64,000 nucleotides of DNA. It comes from Squalus acanthias. Its lineage: Eukaryota. The notes beneath the pieces are model-generated. The model searched no databases. It had not been told where the DNA came from and was given only the letters and a program-made list of their open reading frames with translations. Position 1 is the first letter of the stretch, and the number at the start of each line of letters is the position of its first letter. This document shows positions 57,847-64,000 of the stretch, one piece after another. The translations under genes and the position numbers were made by a program. The stretch is from contig JASTWF010000033.1 in assembly GCA_030390025.1 (NCBI GenBank), positions 5,148,001 to 5,212,000 of the forward strand, given 5' to 3'.

Positions 57847-58265
57847 TTCCTCTAGTCTTTTATTCACTTGTCTTTTATTCCTCTTGTCTTTTATTTCCCT
57901 TGTCTATTATTCCTCTTGTCATTTATTCCACTTGTGTTTTAATCCTCTTGTCTTTTATTCCTCTTGTCTTTTATTCCTCTTGTCTTTTATTCCTCTTGTC
58001 TTTTGATCCTTTCTCTTTTATTCCTCTTGTCTTTTATTCCACTTGTCTTTTATTCCTCTTGTCTTTTATTCCTCTTGTCTTTTATTCCGCTTGTCTTTTA
58101 TTCACTTGTCTTTTATTCCTTTTGTCTTTTATTCCCTTGTCTTTTATTCCTCTTGTCTTTTATTCCTCTTGTCTTTTATTCCTCTTGTCTTTTATTCCTC
58201 TTGTCTTTTATTCCTCTTGTCTTTTATTCCTCTTGTCTTTTATTCCACTTGTCTTTTATTAACTT
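57847..58265. repeat. Higher-order variant cassette, copy A
   Basis: Ordered variants CTAG (A at 57854), CAC, ATTTCCC, CTATTA, CATTTA, GTGTTTT, GATCCTTTCTC, CCGC (G at 58089), CAC, then CCAC and TTAAC (about 58260). Confidence 0.85.
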
Positions 58266-60472
58266 GTCTTTTATTCCTCTTGTCTTTTATTCCTCTTGTC
58301 TTTTATTCCTCTTGTCTTTTATTCCCCTTGTCTTTTATTCCTCTTGTCTTTTATTCCTCTTGTCTTTTATTCCCTTGTCTTTTATTCCTCTTGTCTTTTA
58401 TTCCTCTTGTCTTTTATTCCTCTTGTCTTTTATTCCTCTTGTCTTTTATTCCTCTTGTCTTTTATTCCTCTTGTCTTTTATTCCTCTTGTCTTTTATTCC
58501 TCTTGTCTTTTATTCCTCTTGTCTTTTATTCCTCTTGTCTTTTATTCCTCTTGTCTTTTATTCCTCTTGTCTTTTATTCCTCTTGTCTTTTATTCCTCTT
58601 GTCTTTTATTCCTCTTGTCTTTTATTCCTCTTGTCTTTTATTCCTCTTGTCTTTTATTCCTCTTGTCTTTTATTCCCCTTGTCTTTTATTCCTCTTGTCT
58701 TTTATTCCTCTTGTCTTTTATTCCTCTTGTCTTTTATTCCTCTTGTCTTTTATTCCTCTTGTCTTTATACCCTTCTGTTTTAATCCCCTTGTCTTTTATT
58801 CCTCTTGTCTTTTATTCCTCTTGTCTTTTATTCCTTCTGTATTTTTTATTCCTCTTGCATTGTATTCCTCTTGTCTTTTATTCCTCTTGGCTTTTATTCC
58901 TCTTGTCTTTTATTCCTCTTGTCTTTTATTGCTCTTGTCTTTTATTCCCCTTGTCTTTTATTCCTCTTGTCTTTTATTCCTTTTGTCTTTTATTCCCCTT
59001 GTCTTTTATTCCTCTTGTCTTTTATTCCTTTTGTCTTTTATTCCCCTTGTCTTTTATTCCTCTTGTCTTTTATTCCATTTGTCTTTTTTTCCCCTTGTCT
59101 TTTATTCCTCTTGTCTTTTATTCCTCTTGTCTTTTATTCCTCTTGTCTTTTATTCCCTTTCTTTTATTCCTCTTGTCTTTTATTCCTTTTGTCTTTTATT
59201 CCCCATGTCTTTTATTCCTCGTGTCTTTTATTCCTTTTGTCTTTTATTCCTCTTGTCTTTTATTCCTCTTGTCTTTTTTTCCTCTTTTCTTTTATTCCTC
59301 TTGTCTTTTATTCCCTTGTCTTTTATTCCTCTTGTCTTTTATTCCTCTTGTCTTTTATTCCTCTTGTCTTTTATTCCTCTTGTCTTTTATTCCTCTTGTC
59401 TTTTATTCCTCTTGTCTTTTATTCCTCTTGTCTTTTATTCCTCTTGTCTTTTATTCCTCTTGTCTTTTATTCCTCTTGTCTTTTATTCCTCTTGTCTTTT
59501 ATTCCTCTTGTCTTTTATTCCTCTTGTCTTTTATTCCTCTTGTCTTTTATTCCTCTTGTCTTTTATTCCTCTTGTCTTTTATTCCTCTTGTCTTTTATTC
59601 CTCTTGTCTTTTATTCCTCTTGTCTTTTATTCCCTTGTCTTTTATTCCTCTTGTCTTTTATTCCTCTTGTCTTTTATTCCTCTTGTCTTTTATTCCTCTT
59701 GTCTTTTATTCCTCTTGTCTTTTATTCCTCTTGTCTTTTATTCCTCTTGTCTTTTATTCCTCTTGTCTTTTATTCCTCTGTCTTTTATTCCTCTTGTCTT
59801 TTATTCCTCTTGTCTTTTATTCCTCTTGTCTTTTATTCCTCTTGTCTTTTATTCCTTTGTCTTTTATTCCTCTTGTCTTTTATTCCTCTTGTCTTTTATT
59901 CCTCTTGTCTTTTATTCCTCTTGTCTTTTATTCCTCTTGTCTTTTATTCCTCTTGTCTTTTATTCCTCTTGTCTTTTATTCCTCTTGTCTTTTATTCCTC
60001 TTGTCTTTTATTCCTCTTGTCTTTTATTCCCTTGTCTTTTATTCCTCTTGTCTTTTATTCCTCTTGTCTTTTATTCCTCTTGTCTTTTATTCCCCTTGTC
60101 TTTTATTCCTCTTGTCTTTTATTCCTCTTGTCTTTTATTCCTCTTGTCTTTTATTCCTCTTGTCTTTTATTCCTTTGTCTTTTATTCCTCTTGTCTTTTA
60201 TTCCTCTTGTCTTTTATTCCTCTTGTCTTTTATTCCTTTGTCTTTTATTCCTCTTGTCTTTTATTCCTCTTGTCTTTTATTCCTCTTGTCTTTTATTCCT
60301 CTTGTCTTTTATTCCTCTTGTCTTTTATTCCTCTTGTCTTTTATTCCTCTTGTCTTTTATTCCTCTTGTCTTTTATTCCTCTTGTATTTTATTCCCCTTG
60401 TCTTTTATTCCTCTTGTCTTTTATTCCTCTTGTCTTTTATTCCTCTTGTCTTTTATTCCTTTGTCTTTTATT

Positions 60473-60800
60473 CCCCTTGTCTTTTATTCCTCTTGTCTTT
60501 TATTCCTCTAGTCTTTTATTCACTTGTCTTTTATTCCTCTTGTCTTTTATTTCCCTTGTCTATTATTCCTCTTGCCATTTATTCCTCTTGTGTTTTATTC
60601 CTCTTGTCCTTTATTCCACTTGTGTTTTATTCCTCTTGTCTTTTATTCCCCTTGTCTTTTATTCCTCTTGTCGTTTGATCCTTTCTCTTTTATTCCTCTT
60701 GTCTTTTATTACACTTGACTTTTATTCCTCTTGTCTTTTATTCCTCTTGTCTTTTATTCCGCTTGTCTTTTATTCACTTGTCTTTTATTCCTTTGTCTTT
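60473..60800. repeat. Higher-order variant cassette, copy B
   Basis: Same ordered variants: CTAG (A at 60510) ... TCGTTTGATCCTTTCTC ... TTACACTTGAC ... CCGC (G at 60761), CAC. Confidence 0.9.
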
Positions 60801-62197
60801 TATTCCCTTGTCTTTTATTCCTCTTGTCTTTTATTCCTCTTGTCTTTTATTCCTTTTGTCTTTTATTCCTCTTGTCTTTTATTCCTCTTGTCTTTTATTC
60901 CTCTTGTCTTTTATTCCTTTTGTCTTTTATTCCCCATGTCTTTTATTCCTCTTGTCTTTTATTCCTTTGTCTTTTATTCCTCTTGTCTTTTATTCCTCTT
61001 GTCTTTTATTCCTCTTTTCTTTTATTCCTTTTGTCTTTTATTCCCCATGTCTTTTATTCCTCTTGTCTTTTATTCCTCTTGTCTTTTATTCCTTTTGTCT
61101 TTTATTGCCCTTGTCTTTTATTCCCCTTGTCTTTTATTCACTTGTCTTTTATTCCTCTGTCTTTTATTCCTCTTGTCTTTTATTCCTCTTGTCTTTTATT
61201 CCTCTTGTCTTTTATTCCTTTGTCTTTTATTCCTCTTGTCTTTTATTCCTTTGTCTTTTATTCCTCTTGTCTTTTATTCCTCTTGTCTTTTATTCCCCTT
61301 GTCTTTTATTCCTCTTGTCTTTTATTCCTTTTGTCTTTTATTGCCCTTGTCTTTTATTCCCTTGTCTTTTATTCACTTGTCTTTTATTCCTCCTGTCTTT
61401 TATTCCTCTTGTCTTTTATTCCTCTTGTCTTTTATTCCTCTTGTCTTTTATTCCTTTTGTCTTTTATTCCCCTTGTCTTTAATTTACTTTTCATTTATTC
61501 CTCCTGTCTTTTATTCCTCTTGTCTTTTATTCCTCTTGTCTTTTATTCCTCTTGTCTTTTATTCCTCTTGTCTTTTATTCCTTTTGTCTTTTATTCCTCT
61601 TGTCTTTTATTCCTCTTGTCTTTTATTCACTTGTCTTTTATTCCTCTTGTCTTTTATTCCTCTTGTCTTTTATTCCTCTTGTCTTTTATTCCTCTTGTCT
61701 TTTATTCCTCTTGTCTTTTATTCCTCTTGTCTTTTATTCCTTTGTATTTTATTCCCTTGTCTTTTATTCCTCTTGTCTTTTATTCCTCTTGTCTTTTATT
61801 CCTTTGTATTTTATTCCCTTGTCTTTTATTCCTCTTGTCTTTTATTCCTCTTGTCTTTTATTCCCCTTGTCTTTTATTCCTCTTGTCTTTTATTCCTTTG
61901 TCTTTTATTCCTCTTGTCTTTTATTCCTCTTGTCTTTTATTCCTCTTGTCTTTTATTCCTCTTGTCTTTTATTCCTCTTGTCTTTTATTCCTCTTGTCTT
62001 TTATTCCTCTTGTCTTTTATTCCTCTTGTCTTTTATTCCTCTTGTCTTTTATTCCTCTTGTCTTTTATTCCTCTTGTCTTTTATTCCTCTTGTCTTTTAT
62101 TCCATTTGTCTTTTATTCCCCTTGTCTTTTATTCCTCTTGTCTTTTATTCCTCTTGTCTTTTATTCCTCTTGTCTTTTATTCCTCTTGTCTTTTATT

Positions 62198-62665
62198 CCC
62201 CTTGTCTTTTATTCCTCTTGTCTTTTATTCCTCTAGTCTTTTATTCACTTGTCTTTTATTCCTCTTGTCTTTTATTTCCCTTGTCTATTATTCCTCTTGT
62301 CATTTATTCCTCTTGTGTTTTATTCCTCTTGTCCTTTATTCCACTTGTGTTTTATTCCTCTTGTCTTTTATTCCCCTTGTCTTTTATTCCTCTTGTCGTT
62401 TGATCCTTTCTCTTTTATTCCTCTTGTCTTTTATTACACTTGACTTTTATTCCTCTTGCCTTTTATTCCTCTTGTCTTTTATTCCGCTTGTCTTTTATTC
62501 ACTTGTCTTTTATTCCTTTTGTCTTTTATTCCCCTTGTCTTTTATTCCTATTGTCTTTTATTCCTCTTGTCTTTTATTCCTTTTGTCTTTTATTCCTCGT
62601 GTCTTTTATTCCTCTTGTCTTTTATTCCTCTTGTCTTTTATTCCACTTGTTTTTTATTAAACTTG
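62198..62665. repeat. Higher-order variant cassette, copy C
   Basis: CTAG (A at 62235) to CCGC (G at 62486) sit at a constant 1725-bp offset from copy B. The later CCAC/TTAAAC (62643-62662) matches the tail of copy A. Confidence 0.9.
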
Positions 62666-64000
62666 TCTTTTATTCCTCTTGTCTTTTATTCCTCTTCCCT
62701 TTTATTCCTCTTTTATTTTATTCCTCTTGTCTTTTGTTCCGCTTTTTTTATATTCCTCTTGTCTTTTATTCCCCATGTCTTTTATCCCTCTCCTCTTTTA
62801 TTCCTTTTGCCTTTTAATCATCTTGTCTTTTATTCCTCTTATCTTTTATTCCTCTTGTCTTTTATTCCCCTTGTCTTTTATTCCTCTTGTCTTTTGATCC
62901 TCTTGTCTTTTATTCCGCTTGTCTTTTATTCCTCTTGTCTTTTATTCCTCTTGTCTTTTATTCCTTTTGTCTTTTATTCCTCGTGTCTTTTATTCCTCTT
63001 GTCTTTTATTCCACTTGTCTTTTATTCCTTTGTCTTTTATTCCTCTTGTCTTTTATTCCTCTTGTCTTTTATTCCTCTTGTCTTTTATTCCTCTTGTCTT
63101 TTATTCCTCTTGTCTTTTATTCCTTTTGTCTTTTATTCCTCTTGTCTTTTATTCCCCTTGTCTTTTTTTCCTCTTGTCTTTTATTCCTCTTGTCTTTTAT
63201 TCCTCTTGTCTTTTATTCCCCTGTCTTTTATTCCTCTTGTCCTTTATACCTTTGTCTTTTTTTCCCCTTGTCTTTTATTCCTCTTGTCTTTTATTCCTCT
63301 TGTCTTTTATTCCTCTTGTCTTTTATTCCCCTTGTCTTTTATTCCTCTTGTCTTTTATTCCTTTTGTCTTTTATTCCCCTTGTCTTTTATTCCTCTTGTC
63401 TTTTATTCCTCTTGTCTTTTATTCCTCTTGTCTTTTATTCCTCTTGTCTTTTATTCCTCTTGTCTTTTATTCCTCTTGTCTTTTATTCCCCTTGTCTTTT
63501 ATTCCTCTTGTCTTTTATTCCTCTTGTCTTTTATTCCCTTGTCTTTTATTCCCTTGTCTTTTATTCACTTGTCTTTTATTCCTCTGTCTTTTATTCCTCT
63601 TGTCTTTTATTCCTTTTGTCTTTTATTCCTCTTGTCTTTTATTCCTCTTGTCTTTTATTCCTCTTGTCTTTTATTCCTCTTGTCTTTTATTCCTCTTGTC
63701 TTTTATTCCTCTTGTCTTTTATTCCTTTGTCTTTTATTCCCTTGTCTTTTATTCCTCTTGTCTTTTATTCCTCTTGTCTTTTATTCCTCTTGTCTTTTAT
63801 TCCTTTGTATTTTATTCCCCTTGTCTTTTATTCCTCTTGTCTTTTATTCCTCTTGTCTTTTATTCCCTTGTCTTTTATTCCTCTTGTCTTTTATTCCTTT
63901 GTCTTTTATTCCTCTTGTCTTTTATTCCTCTTGTCTTTTATTCCTCTTGTCTTTTATTCCTTTTGTCTTTTATTCCTCTTGTCTTTTATTCCTCTTGTCT

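Larger units (their letters stand above)
1..64000. repeat. 16-bp tandem satellite/minisatellite array (TTCCTCTTGTCTTTTA)n, about 4,000 copies, running off both window edges
   Basis: Read directly: the unit repeats head-to-tail from base 1 to 64000 with no inversion or unique insert seen. Unit composition is 10 T, 4 C, 1 G, 1 A (31% GC). The 16-aa periodicity of the ORF track agrees. Confidence 0.99.
52864..64000. repeat. Progressively degenerate zone of the same array
   Basis: Variant units (CCC, CCCC, CCT, CCTT, CAC, CCAC or CCGC replacing CCTC, plus others) rise from sporadic at 53-57 kb to frequent beyond 57.8 kb. Confidence 0.95.

Noticed and set aside
7..62897. All listed ORFs (up to 19,275 aa) as protein-coding genes, e.g. 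giant membrane proteins
   Set aside because: They are translations of the repeat. All three frames give the same peptide, starts are TTG within the unit, there is no unique domain or codon-position structure, and indels occur without regard to frame.
1..64000. CRISPR array
   Set aside because: Units are directly adjacent with no unique spacers, the repeat is only 16 bp, and no leader or cas gene is present.
1..64000. Shine-Dalgarno-like GAGG/AGGA and ETS/PU-box-like GAGGAA on the minus strand
   Set aside because: These short motifs are expected in a purine-rich unit. No start codon or open frame follows (TAA in every unit), and nothing supports a regulatory role.
1..64000. Human satellite II/III relationship via ATTCC/GGAAT
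   Set aside because: Only one pentamer per 16 bp matches, and the (CATTC)n periodicity is absent.
1..64000. Plasmid iterons, terminators or hairpin-forming repeats
   Set aside because: Iterons occur in a few copies beside a rep gene. The unit has no self-complementarity, and no inverted segment was seen.
52864..64000. Variant units as an encoded message or spacer-like information store
   Set aside because: The changes are 1-2 bp substitutions and indels whose recurrence is explained by segmental duplication. No foreign sequence is inserted.

Overview
The whole 64-kb window is one head-to-tail array of a 16-bp unit, TTCCTCTTGTCTTTTA (minus strand TAAAAGACAAGAGGAA), about 4,000 copies in a single orientation. 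I see no credible gene, RNA gene, mobile element, CRISPR spacer or unique sequence. The giant + strand ORFs arise because the unit has no stop codon in any + frame. The array is polarised. It is essentially perfect over most of 1-52.8 kb, apart from two short noisy islands (13.7-14.4 kb, 47.9-48.3 kb) and three isolated 1-bp deletions. From about 52.9 kb to the end it becomes progressively degenerate, and ordered sets of variant units recur there as higher-order duplications. The best readings are the edge of a satellite block or an unusual telomere-like array with the purine strand pointing left. Organism and function cannot be determined from this window, and part of the perfection may be an assembly or consensus effect.
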